Shown here: positions 22,861 through 37,137 of the stretch, piece after piece
How positions within the stretch are numbered: position 1 is the stretch's first letter
Layout: the number at the start of each line of letters is the position of its first letter
Notes under the pieces: model-generated
Database searches by the model: none
What the model was told of the DNA's origin: nothing
What the model saw: the letters and a program-made list of their open reading frames with translations, nothing else
Program-made: the position numbers and the translations under genes
Assembly: GCA_964016885.1 (NCBI GenBank)
Contig: OZ024747.1
Location: forward strand, 31,744,001 to 31,808,000
Origin: Eledone cirrhosa
Lineage: Eukaryota
Length of the DNA: 64,000 nucleotides
Direction: 5' to 3'

Positions 22861-23171
22861 CACACATTGTATTGCTTCCGCACCCACCCTATTTGCAAGA
22901 TTTAGCACCTGCGAACTTCCATCTCTTCTCCAAGATGAAGATGCAGCTCAAAGGTTGCCCTTCTAACACTGTTGCCAAGATCCAGAGCGAATCACAGAAG
23001 GTCAATGATTTGCTTATGGAAAACAACTTCCAGGCCGGATTCCAAAATTGCCTGGAATGGTGTATTGTTGTGCAAGGTGACTATTTAGAAGATAATATTA
23101 AAACTTAGCTATATATATATTATTTTCTTTTAAACGTAACTAGTCCGGCAACTTTTTGATACCACCTCGTA
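22861..23171 (+). mobile_element. Mariner 3' end: transposase C-terminus plus TIR ending in TA
   Basis: LPHPPYLQDLAPANFHLFSKMKMQLKG (YSPDLAP motif) ...WCIVVQGDYLE; terminal aactttttgataccacctcg-TA. Confidence 0.85.
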
Positions 23172-23212
23172 TATTATATATTATATATAAATTTATATAT
23201 TATATCTTATTT

Positions 23213-23530
23213 TTAGAATCTTCCGCGTCGTTTGGCGCATCGAGCAGTAAGTACGCGCCAACGGTCACGATCAGCGGCAACTTTTTCGAGACCGTGCCAG
23301 GTGATGTTGACTGCCATCAGGTCCTTCCGGAACGTTCGTCGCCAGGTGATCATTGGGCAACCCCTCCTCCGTTTACCGCCAGGCGAAGTCCAGTTCATCG
23401 CTTTTTCGAATGCCGTTCATTTGGCAGACGCAGAATATGGCCAGCCAGACAGCACCAACACTCCGTCACCACTCTCTGTAGTGTCCTCGGCTCTCCGCAA
23501 GATCTCATTTCGCACTCAGTCGTGCCAGGA
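23213..23530 (-). mobile_element. RTE-like LINE 3' fragment (different family)
   Basis: LAGHILRLPNERHSK..MNWTSPGGKRRRGCPMITWRRTF...AADRDRWR. Confidence 0.75.
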
Positions 23531-24174
23531 CACACGCATATATATATATATAGAGAGAGAATATGAATATGTGTGTGCATGCGTGTGTAATAATATAGGT
23601 AAGACAGAACAAAGAAGGGACACAAAGTAACAAAAAAGTAGTCACTGGGAAGGTCACAGAATGTGTGATGAAAGTGCAACGACCAAACAACTATCTGGTT
23701 ATTAAACTAACCTACTAGGAAATTATAATAATAATTTGAAGTATATACCAACAGGTGCATGTGTCTTTTATTGGCAGGATGACCCTCCCAAAATATTAAA
23801 AAACTGTACTTATGATTTTCAAATATTTTCGAATATTGTTAGAATTTGGGAGGATTTATGAAATGACTTTTTCATGAAGCTCGTGTTTTAAAAATCTCTT
23901 ACACAAAATTAAAATGGAAGGACTTTAGATAGGATTTTAAATACAATCTTGCCAAACAAAGGGTTGAGAGGACCCTCAATAGTGTCAAAGGCATGACAAA
24001 CTCTCCCGAGCACTCGATGGAACGTGACAATGTACATAACCACACAAGTCCCTGGCCTACCTGGGAGATCTGTGACACCACTTCAGTACTGACTTAGTGT
24101 CAGCCAACCCTTGCTATCTGGGAAAGCAAATGTTAAAACGACAATCATGATGATGATAATATATACATATATAT

Positions 24175-24375
24175 ATATAAAGGCTCCCAGTCCACACTGT
24201 AAATGTGGTTGGTGTTCGGAAGGGCATCCAGCTGTAAAAAACCTGCCAGAGACACTTCCGTACAAGCGAGGCATGGTCTCCCGACCATTTCCGCATCAAA
24301 TGGAACAAAACCGTCTAACCCATGCTAGCGTGGAAGACGTACATTAAACAATGATGACGAAAATTATGATGACAA
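24175..24375 (+). mobile_element. RTE-type 3' tail fragment
   Basis: cccagtccacactgtaaatgtggttggtgttcggaagggcatccagctgta...cccatgctagcgtggaagacgtacattaaac(atg)n. Confidence 0.65.
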
Positions 24376-24487
24376 TGATATATATTTATTATAAGAACAG
24401 ATTAAAGTTTAAGCAAAGAATAGCTGCTTTCACCCTTAACAGGATCTTCTGAAACTTTTTGATACGGGCTCGTATATTATATATACA

Positions 24488-26100
<1,613 letters not shown>

Positions 26101-26176
26101 CATATTATATATTATATAAAAATTTATATATTTTATATACACACACATATATCGAGAGAGAATATGAATATGTGTG

Positions 26177-26615
26177 TCATCATCATCATCATCTTCATCA
26201 TAAATTTCATTTAACATCCATCTTCCACGCTAGCATGTGTTATACAGGAGTTGTCCCACTTAAGGCAAGGTTGGTCGGGTGACTGTGTCTCACTCATATA
26301 GGACTATCTGGCAGGTTTTCTATGGCTGGATGGCCTTCCTAGCACCAACCACATTTACAGTGTGGACCTGGGAACTTTTTACCGTGTTACCTACTCGACC
26401 ACATTACAGAGTGGACTGTGTGTTTTTTTGTCGTGATACCTACACGATCACAATCTCATTATCTCATTTATTTGGACTGGATGTTGTGGTACCAATTTAT
26501 AGAGAGAGGGTGGTGTTGGGGGAGTGGGAGGATAGGGTAGGAGTAGTGGATTGGGTGTATATTTGGTTAATAGGTGCCTACTGACTAGGTTTCGCTTTGT
26601 ACATAGGCAAGGCGG

Positions 26616-26617
<2 letters not shown>
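26177..26617 (-). mobile_element. RTE 3' UTR copy (subfamily of 26857-28415); another copy at 30115-30565(-)
   Basis: Reverse complement of 28068-28410 (gtacaaagcgaaaccta..gtcagtaggcacc...caagtgggacaa). Confidence 0.75.
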
Positions 26618-26648
<31 letters not shown>

Positions 26649-26856
26649 CACATAGATTAATTTATATTACAGCTAAAGAGAGAGTCTTGTACTGTGGAGA
26701 TTCACTTGTTTATCACAGGCCATCATATGATAAACAGGTGAATCTCTTGAGTAACAAGACTCACTTAGCCTTAAAATAAATTAATATTTTAAACTCTACT
26801 TCAGTATTGAATACTTTTTTCTCTCAGCCGGCAACCCCATATGGATATATATATAT

Positions 26857-28415
26857 ATAAACCCCTATACTTAGCTTTCGTTGACTTGGAGAAAGCCTTT
26901 GACAGAGTCCCATGCCCCATTATCTGGTGGGCTCTCAGAAAACTAGGTGTTGATGAATGGCTTGTGAGAGCTATACAAGCCATGTATAAAGAAACAGTCA
27001 GCAAGGTTAGAATTAACAACGAATATCGTGAAGAGTTTAGCGTAAAAGTTGGTGTGCATCAGGGCTCCGTCCTTAACCCCCTCCTATTTATTATCACCCT
27101 CCAGGCTATAACAGAGGAGTTCAAGACTGGCTGCCCATGGGAACTCCTATACGCAGATGATCTAACGCTCATAGCTGAACTAGAGAAGAAATTCCAAACA
27201 TGGAAGCATGGCCTAGAATCAAAAGGCCTTAAAATTAACTTGTCTAAGACTAAAGTTCTAATATGTAGGAAGTAAAATAGGGCACTGGTCCCATCTGGGA
27301 AATGGCCATGCTCAGTGTGTAGGAAAGGAGTAAGCAGAAACACCGTTTTATGTCCCAAATGCAAAGTATGGGTGCATAAAAGATGTAGTGGGATCACAGG
27401 TAAGGTAACTAATAACATAGATTTTATAGGTGGCCGGTGCTCAGGTGCAATAAGTAGCAGCACATGCCCACAGAATACTAGCTCATTCCACTGCCCAGAT
27501 GGTTCTTTAGAAATAGTGGACACCTTCCGTTACCTGGGTGACAAAATCAGTAGTGGCGGAGGGTGCTCCGAAAGTACTGTAGCTAGAGTCAGAATGGGAT
27601 GGAAAAAGTTCAGAGAGCTTATACCACTATTGGCCGCTAAAGGTTTCTCTCTAAAAATGAAAGGCAGGCTGTATGATGCCTGCATACGAACAGCAATGTT
27701 ACATGGCAGTGAGACATGGGCCTTGTGTGCAGAAGATCTATGCAGACCTGGAAAAAACGAAGCTTGCATGCTCCGTTGGATGTGTAATAGTAATATACGC
27801 GAACGGCAAAGCATAAACGAACTAAGGGAAAAATTAGAAATAAGAGGGATCAGATGTTGTTTACTCGAGAGAAGACTACGTTGGTATGGTCACATGATGC
27901 GCATGAAAGACGACAGCTGTATAAAAAAGTGCAGGGCGATCAAAATAGACGGTAGCTACGGAGTAGGTAGACCCAGAAAAACCTGGGACGACTTGATAAA
28001 TTCCGACCTCACACACTTACATCTCTCCAAGACAATGTCACTAGACCGAGATCTTTGGCGCTACGCCTAAGTACAAAGCGAAACCTACAGTCAGTAGGCA
28101 CCTCTTAACCAAAATACACCCCCGTCCCACTATCCTACCCCCACCCCCATCTACACCACCCCTTTAGATGTAAAGTTATGTTGGTACCACAACATCCAGT
28201 CCTAAATAAATGAGGTCGTGTAGGTGTCACGACAATAAAAACACACAGTCCACGCTGTAATGTGGTCGTGTAGATAACACGGTAAAAACCTCCCAGTCCA
28301 CACTGTAAAGGTGGTTAGTGTTAGGAAGGGCATCCAACCATAGAAAACCCGCCAGACAGTCCTGAGCAAGACAACCAATCTTGCCTCAAGTGGGACAATT
28401 CCCATCCAGACCCAT
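26857..28415 (+). mobile_element. RTE-clade LINE, older subfamily, 5'-truncated, with stops
   Basis: ORFs 26841..27275 (FVDLEKAFD, GVHQGS, LYADD) and 27315..28070 (Cys-rich finger, RLRWYGHMMR, GRPRKTW). Confidence 0.9.
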
Positions 28416-28451
28416 ATAAAAATACACACCTACACAAAACACACACACATG

Positions 28452-28491
<40 letters not shown>

Positions 28492-28839
28492 CACATAAAT
28501 ATATACATATATATATATACATACACATACATATATATATAAATATGCATACATACAAACATATAAACAAAAATGTGCATATTCACGCACAATACATTCA
28601 CAAAAGCACACACACATATATATACATATACATATATAATATATATATACATATATAAATATATATATATATACATATACATACACACATATATACAAAC
28701 ACATACGCACATATACATACATACACACAAAAATAAAGATCTATATATAAAAAAGGTGGGTGTGTAAAGGGTAAGGTAGAAGGTAGGGGGAATAGGGAAA
28801 ATAAATAACATACGAAAAAAATATATATATAAATATAAG

Positions 28840-29570
28840 AGGAGATGAAGGAGAAAAAAAAATTATATAAATATAAGAGGAGATGAGGGAGAAAAAGAAT
28901 ATATGGGTACAGAATGTGAGTTCAGAGAGTAATAATAATCGTAGTGGATGTAAGGCGTAATGAGTAAAGAAGAGTTCAAGGTGATTGAGTCATCGTAGGA
29001 ATGTCAATCCAGTTACAAAGTAGATGTGATTTCAGATGAGGACAACATCTGAAGATGCAAGTGGAAGTGGCTTTCAAATTTTGGAGAATTCTAAATTTTT
29101 CCGTGGTGCACAAAGAACAATTCTTTGTGCCCCTTTGGTATTCTCTAGAATGGTCCAAAATAGACGAATCGATAGTGTACAGAGCCGTTGCTGTTCTTTT
29201 ATCACAGTGTTTAAAAGAAGCGACATGTGCATAAAACCTGGTTTTGAACCTGTCCTGAGTCATGCCAACATATCGTTCACTCTTGGCTGGCTGGTTGTTA
29301 ATCAACGGTGTCAATTTGGCCTCATACACAACGGCTTTAGTATTACATTTGCCCTGTAATGGGAATTCTTCCGGCTTCCTGCAACTGCATCCTGGATTTA
29401 CTCTCGTACGATTAGAGTTGGTAATTTTAGTCTTCATTAATGGACAGTAAGAGTAACTGATTTTGACTATATTTCTATTAAAAATTTTATATCTATGATT
29501 AGGGGGAAAATGTTTGTCTAGGAGGTCAAGGAATTTCCTTCCTACATTAGTTTTGAGAGTTAGAGAGTAG
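28840..29570 (-). mobile_element. Penelope-like (Neptune-type) 3' fragment with GIY-YIG endonuclease
   Basis: ORF 28976..29437: CSCRK...PLQGKC...VVYEAKL...YVGMTQDRFKTRFYAH...CSLCTTEK; upstream TNVGRKFLDLLDKHFPP. Confidence 0.85.
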
Positions 29571-29856
29571 GAAGGAAATTCCTTGACCTCCTAGAAAAAC
29601 ATTTTCCTCCTAATTTCTAATGTTTTTCAAAAATAATTTTGAGATAGAGCGCTAGTGATGTTTGCTCTAATCAGATTAGAGCACTCTATCTCAAAATTAT
29701 TTTTGAAAAGCATTAGAAATGCGCAACCGGTAAAAACTTAAAACTAAAACTGAATACTAACCAATACTTATTACTAATTTATACTTATTCCTAATTAAAC
29801 TATTTTTCACTGGGAAAAATTTGTCAGCATTTTCTTTTCCTTTTTACTAATATATG

Positions 29857-29946
29857 TTGGAGACGCAGGACATGGCAGCGATAATGAGGGACAGAGACCA
29901 CTGGAGAGAACTCGTCCATGGATCTCGGGAATTTTACCCACCTTAG
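29857..29946 (+). mobile_element. Short 3' end of the LINE family at 60405-61045
   Basis: ttggagacgcaggacatggcagcgataatgagggacagagacc...ttttacccacc matches 60957-61045. Confidence 0.8.
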
Positions 29947-29991
29947 ATAGATATATATGTGTGTATATATATGTAAATATGTATGTGTATG

Positions 29992-30026
<35 letters not shown>

Positions 30027-30860
30027 GTATATGTGTGTATTTTTATATTTTGTGGTGATGTATATGTATGTATGTGTGTGTGTGTATATGTGTATGTATA
30101 TAAATATATATATATCATCATCATCATCAATGTTTAACGTCCGTGTTCCACGCTTGCATGGGTTTGGACGGGGGTAGTCCCACTTGAGGCAAGAGTGATT
30201 GTCTTGCTCGCATAGGACTGTCTGGCAGGTTTTCTACAGTTGGATGCCCTTCCTAACACCAACCACATTTACAGTGTGGATCTGGGAGGTTTTTACCGTG
30301 TTGCCTACACGGCCACATTACAGCGTGGACTGTGTGTTTTTTGTCGTGACACCTACACGATCTCATTTGTTTCGGCCTGGATGGCGCGGCACCAACATAA
30401 CTTTACATAGAACGGGGTGGTGTGGATGGGGTGGGGGTGGTGGTGGTGGGACGGGGTGTATTTTGTTAGAGATGCCTACTGGCTGTAGTAGGTTTTACTA
30501 TGTATTTAGGTAAGGCGGGTCTTCTCTGTTACTGAGTACCGCCAAAGGTCTCAGTCCAGTGACATATATATATATAAATGTAACTGCTCGGAAGAGCCCC
30601 TTCCTGGAGCTTAATTATTGTAAACGACTGAGAGTTTATTCTCAAAATATAATATAATATATATATATATATATTTATGTATATATATATATATATATGT
30701 GTGTATGTATGTGTGTATATATATAATTATTTACAAAGATATTAAACATTTAATATCATATTTACTCCAGGAAATTGTTGAGTGCTCTACTTTAGTTATA
30801 AACATTTATATTTTTAATTATATTTGTATTTCCAACCCTTTGAATACCCCTTCCACCTTT

Positions 30861-30910
<50 letters not shown>

Positions 30911-31164
30911 AAATATATATATATATATTTATATGAGCATGCGTATGTATGTGTATGTATGTATATTTTTTATAAGTATTTATTTATATATATATGTATG
31001 TGGTTGTATGTATTTTTTCTCATGTATATGCGTGTGAATGTATTTATTTATATATTTTTTTATATATGTATATACACCTACATTTGTATATATGTACCTA
31101 TACGTGTGGTTGAGAGTATATGCGCGCGTACGAGTGTGTATGCATGTGAGTATGTACATGTGTG

Positions 31165-31207
<43 letters not shown>

Positions 31208-31307
31208 TTATGTATTTGTATGTATATACTTTTCTGTGTATATGTTTGTATTGTATATATACTTGTGTATATATATTTCTATGTATGTGTGTGTGTATAT
31301 GTATTTA

Positions 31308-31348
<41 letters not shown>

Positions 31349-31351
<3 letters not shown>

Positions 31352-32283
31352 TCAGATATATTTTTTATGTGGGCTGACAGTAATTGATTAAGGAACTGCA
31401 GAAACCCAAAAAGCTAGAATTTAACATCCTTCTAGCGGGTTCGGGTAAGATTTTAGACTCATTTAATTTATTAACTTATTAATTGTATGACCCGAATTTT
31501 CCTGGTCGTTTTTTCGGCTGTGCGAATGATTTTAAGCATTGTCTCTATGTGTTGGTATTTAAACGATAGTTATAGCTCTGGCTTATCCAAACTTTGCCAT
31601 GCATTTCGAAGATTGTGTTTTGTTATTTCGTGGGCCGAGATTCCGATTCTCGATAATTTATTTGTATTTATCTCCAGTCTTTAGCTATTGACCAGTTAAT
31701 TTTATTGATTTTTTTAGTTGATCTTATTGACTGATGAATAGCTCTTGTTAACTTTAACCCGTCTGTTGAGAACTCTAATTCGATATGTGATATTTTGTAT
31801 TTTTACAAAAATATACACACTACTGAATTCATTCGCCTAATATAGGGGTTCCCTCCCTTGCTGGACCCCACGTGCGTTTAGTAACGGGTGCCTCTGTATT
31901 TTTGAACGAAATGCCTGCTGAGAGAGCGGTTTCCTCGTTCATCTCTTTGCCAGAAGTCAGATATATTTTTTATGTGGGCTGACGGTAATTGATTAAGGAA
32001 CCGCAGAAACCCAAAAAGCTAGAATTTAACATCCTTCTAGCGGGTCCGGGTAAGATTTTACATTCATTTAATTTATTAATTTATTAATTTATTATTTGTA
32101 TGACCTGAATTTTCCTGGTCGTTTTTTCGGCTGTGCGAATGATTTTAAGCATTGTCTCTGTGTTGGTATTTAAACGATAGTTATAGCTCTGCTTTATCCA
32201 AACTATTGAGCCCTTTGTCATGCATTTCGAAGATTGTGTTTCGTTATTTCGTGGGCCGAGATTCCGATTCTCGATAATTTATT

Positions 32284-32288
<5 letters not shown>
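31349..32288 (-). mobile_element. About 605-bp unit present as roughly 1.5 tandem copies between (TA)n tracts; possible PLE-related 5' region
   Basis: 31349-31667 is repeated at 31954-32288. The minus strand has broken Lys/Arg-rich frames (MLKIIRTAEKTTRKIRVIQL); the family assignment is tentative. Confidence 0.5.
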
Positions 32289-32356
<68 letters not shown>

Positions 32357-32640
32357 GTATTTATTTTGTGCTTTTACTTACCACGTGTGTTTGTTTATTT
32401 ATTTTTATATATTTATTTATATATGTATGTATATTTATACATGTGTGTGTTTGTGTATTTATGTGAATGTGTATGTATATTTATGTGTATATGTACATAT
32501 AAATGTATATGTATGTGTGCGTGTGTGTGTGTTTATATACTTATACATTTATTATCTTTTTCTTTTCTTTCTTTTGCCTCTCTTTCATATTCCTTAAATT
32601 TTTGTTTTCAAATCCACATTCAATAAAAACACCAGGATTT

Positions 32641-32700
32641 TTTCATTGTGATGACTGAAAGCAGATTTGTTTGCTTTCAAGAAACCACTGGTAAATGAAA
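32641..32700 (+). ncRNA. First-family HHR copy with a mutated core (GTGATGA), probably inactive
   Basis: tttcatt-GTGATGA-c-tgaaagca...tgctttca-a-GAAA-ccactgg-TA-aatgaaa. Confidence 0.55.
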
Positions 32701-32741
32701 TAATTATCTTATGTTGTTTATTACATAACTATATATATATG

Positions 32742-32775
<34 letters not shown>

Positions 32776-32961
32776 TATATATATATGCATACATACCCAC
32801 ACACACACATATATATGCATACATACCCACACACACACATATATATGCATACATACCCACACACACACACATATATGCATACATACACACACACATATAT
32901 ATATGCATACATACACACACACATATATATATGCATACACACACACACACATATATATATG

Positions 32962-33128
<167 letters not shown>

Positions 33129-33458
33129 ATATACGTATAAATAAACACAGTAAATTTCGAGCTTGTTTAATTGCAGTGTATCAATATGAGTTAATAACTC
33201 TGTATTTTATTTGTATATATATATATACACAGACACATTGTAGGTCGCTTTAACCCGTCTTTTATTATTCAAAAAACTTCTTGCAAATAAAGATTAACCC
33301 TTTGTGCGCCATTCATCTAACTGTAGACCAACAAATACCAAGTAAACAGGGCGTTTAATAATACCGAAGTAAACAGGGCGTAATAATACCGAACAACGTA
33401 CTGCTGGTCACTCCTTCCTCCAAAAGCCGTACAAAGCATCTCTTTAATCTGTTCTTAT

Positions 33459-33494
<36 letters not shown>

Positions 33495-33499
<5 letters not shown>

Positions 33500-34085
33500 A
33501 TAAATTTGAAGACTAAAATCCAAAGAGGGCTCGATAAGGATAAATATATATCAAATATATAAGAACCGTAGAGCAAATATTTATTAAAATAACAGATTAA
33601 ATTTAAGCAAAAAATCGCTGCTTTCCCCCTTAACGAGAAGATCCCGTTAAGGGTGAAAGCAGCGATTCTTTGCTTAAACTTTAATCTGTTATTTTAATAT
33701 GTGTGTGTGTGTTATAAGAACAGATTAAAGTTTAAGAAAAGAATCGCTGCTTTCAACATTAACGGGATCTTCTGAAACTAAAAAATTTAATCTGTGAACG
33801 CAGAAGTAAATATTTCGAGAAACGTTGCAACCAAAGGAAAACAGGATGACGATATTTTGGTTCGTGAAGACGTTCCTTGGTAATGAACGAAAAAAAAGCG
33901 AGTATAATACGTCGTTATGTGGACCGAGAAGAACAATTTCATGCAAAGACAAGACCAACTTTTGGGTATAAATGGAGTCGTTAGACTAATATTCCATTTA
34001 AAATAACAGAATGATTTCCAGCCGCGGAGTTTAAGAATGATGTAAATAAAATTGAAAACGAAAATGACAGAGGTTATTAAAATAG
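33495..34085 (-). mobile_element. Repeat family also at 62850-63320 and 24388-24456, including a fold-back at 33582-33699
   Basis: ORFs 33355..33576 and 33725..33958 match 62745..62936 and 62964..63203; carries an HHR-like variant CAGAAGA...GAAA. Confidence 0.7.
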
Positions 34086-34174
34086 TAAAGATTTAGGCCA
34101 GTATGCCCCGACGGACATACACATACATACGTACACACAAATACATACACACACACACACACACACACACGTGC

Positions 34175-34614
34175 GCGTATGTATAAACCTTATGCATTTC
34201 TACAGTATTTTCACCAAACTTAAGACATAGGTTACTTATGTATTCCGGATGGTCATGGGCACCTCCATTTTTCCAGATATTGATTATAGGGCCTCCCGGC
34301 AGATAACCCCCTTTAACCACTTCCTTGGAGTCGATTGAAGAACTGCAGTGCAATGCAACAAAACGTGATAACTTCTGCAGTTCGCAACCGATTTTCCCAA
34401 AACTTGACACATGGGCTACGTTTGTCCTACAGATGAATGTGAACTCTCAGAATTGGCACATATTGAGTAGGGGACTCCTGGGGGCAGGAACCCCCTTTTG
34501 GAAAAAGCCGATGATTTTGTAAAAGTATAGTTTTCGAAGCAGCACTGAAGTATTAACATAAATGGTATACACAACTGCTATTTAATACCCGAGCAACGCC
34601 GGGTACCTTTGGTA

Positions 34615-34616
<2 letters not shown>
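34175..34616 (+). mobile_element. Non-autonomous Helitron-like element
   Basis: 3' hairpin tacccg-agcaacgc-cgggta followed by cctttgGTAG-t (CTAG-like end). Internal ttttcaccaaactt / ccgattttcccaaaacttgacaca repeats are typical of such elements. 5' boundary uncertain. Confidence 0.55.
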
Positions 34617-34676
<60 letters not shown>

Positions 34677-35075
34677 TGGCCACTTGAACTGTATAGATTC
34701 ATAAAATGACAGACATGGTACCAGATGTAAATATTGAAAATGTTAAATGCTGATGATAGTGATTTTAAATAAACACACAGAAAGAAATAGATTTGACATA
34801 TAAAGTTGTTTGTCACTTTGCCCATATACAGCACAGTGCCGAGGCGGGGGGGGGGGTCTATTTGAATATGGCTTTGATTTTGTAGCAAGAGTTGCCTCCC
34901 AATATAAAGGATTAAATTGAAATCACAACATAAGAAAAATATAACATAAGCATGAGACAACTTAAGTATAACAACAGCTTAAATATGAAACATAATGGAC
35001 ATGAAAACATAAAAAAATAAAAACAGATAATCCATCGTATTGGTGGAGCGGGATTGTTTATCTCTTAGTGGCAAT

Positions 35076-35110
<35 letters not shown>

Positions 35111-35514
35111 GATAAAAAGTTAAAAAACATGAGGAAAATCCTTTGCTAAGAATGAAACAGGGGGTGAGGGTAGATTTTGAAAACAAATGGAATTAAGTTA
35201 AGTTCTTTTAAACAAAGAAAGTGTTTAAGGAATGTTTTTTTAAACAGAATATAATAAGGGGTGTAAGAAGACAATAATAATGTTGCTTAGTAAATTATTG
35301 ATTAGAATAAAGGATGTTTTGAATAGATAGAGATAAATACTTAGGTGAATACAGATACAGTTATAAGTATATATATATAATGTGAGTGTGGATGCACAAA
35401 CACAAAGAAGCAAATAGCAAATATATAAAATTATAAAATTAGGTGAGTATATATATAAAGAGAGATGTAGAGGAGAGAGAAAGTTAAAGAGAAAAGGTAA
35501 TAGTAGAGAGCCAA

Positions 35515-35556
<42 letters not shown>

Positions 35557-37137
35557 ACACACTTATATATACATGCTTACATGATTATCATAAGAATGCT
35601 GGAACTGTCCCGTTAAGGATGAATAATAATCTCTCTGTGTATAGTGATTCGATTTCCATGGAGGTCACTATGGGTGTATATAGTGTATATAAATTGTTTC
35701 ATACTCCACTCCCTAAATCTTAATTATTGCTCAATATTAGCAGAAATATATGAATGACTAACAGTCGAGATGTTAGTTTTTCTCTATAGACAATGTGTTT
35801 ATGCATATGTTCACATGTCTGTCTGTTTGTATGTACATATGTGACTGTGTATGTATATGTCTGCGTATGTATGAATGTAAGTGTGTGTGTATGTATATAG
35901 GTAGATAAGTTGGTATCTGTGTATGAGAGCACGTGTCAATATATTATTATATACATATGTATTATATATATGTTTTTCTATGAATATATGTGTGTGTGAA
36001 GTAAGTGAGCATGTCTGTAAAAATATCTATATCTGTATGTTTTCACGTGTGTATTATGTATATGTTTTCATGTGTGTATTATATATATGTTTTCATGTGT
36101 GTGTGTATCATATACATGTTTCATGTATGTGTGTGTGTAGGGAGGGAGAAGCATATGAGCAGGTAAAATAATAATCAGTCAGATGGAAAGTTAGAAAGAT
36201 ATATAAGCTTATTGATTAAAACAACACGCACTTGCAGGAAAACCTATATAAAGAGATAGACATAGAAAGAGAGAGAGATGCTAGATAGAAATATAGATAG
36301 ATATGTGGATTTTACAGTCCATTTGTTTATCTAAATACCTCATTTTGTTTCAGGTGGAGAACAGACAGAGTCGTTAGGAATGCTGGACTGAATGTTTTGT
36401 GATATTCTTTTTGGCTCTTTGCACTCTGAGTTCAAATCCCACAGAGGTCAATTTTTGCCTTTCATATATATCTTGAGTTCGATGAAAATAAGTACCAGTC
36501 AAGTGCTAGGGTTGATATTTTTATCTATATCTCACTCATTTCTTCTCTTTCTCACTCTCTTTCCTTCTCTGTAAGAAATTTTGTGTTCAGACCTGGAAAG
36601 GGATAATTCTTGCTAGATTTGAAATGCCCAAGAAAAGCCATATTTCACTATGGTGCCCCTATGTTTTATTTGGAAATTATGGGTTCTTAGATATATTCAG
36701 TTTCTCTTTTTGGTTATATATAATTATTATTTTGCAAATGTATGTTTTACATATGAAGGCTGCAGTTCGCAGGACTAAGAGGGCCAGAACAAATAATGTC
36801 TCATTATGTCTCTGTGGATTAGCAGTATCGGTAGAGGGTCGGGCGCCATGCTTTACAGCAAAGTTACGTCCCTTTACGATCTGATTTCAAATCCCGCCAA
36901 GGTTGACTTTGCCTTTCATCATAACGGGGTCGATAAAATAAAGTACCAGTAATGCACTGGGTAATTGCTGGCCTTGTGCCTAAAGTAGAAACAATTATGT
37001 CTCTGTTATCCAATACATTTGCCTTTTTACCATGATGATGATGATAATGCTTGTATGGCACCAGGTTCACTAATTCCTTGGGAGTAGAATTTGGTAGACA
37101 GATGCTGTAAAGGTTTATTGTATCTGTTTATATATAT

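Noticed and set aside
31731-31760. Isolated CTGATGA boxes (also at about 46920)
   Set aside because: No stem II, GAAA or stem I partners; expected by chance.
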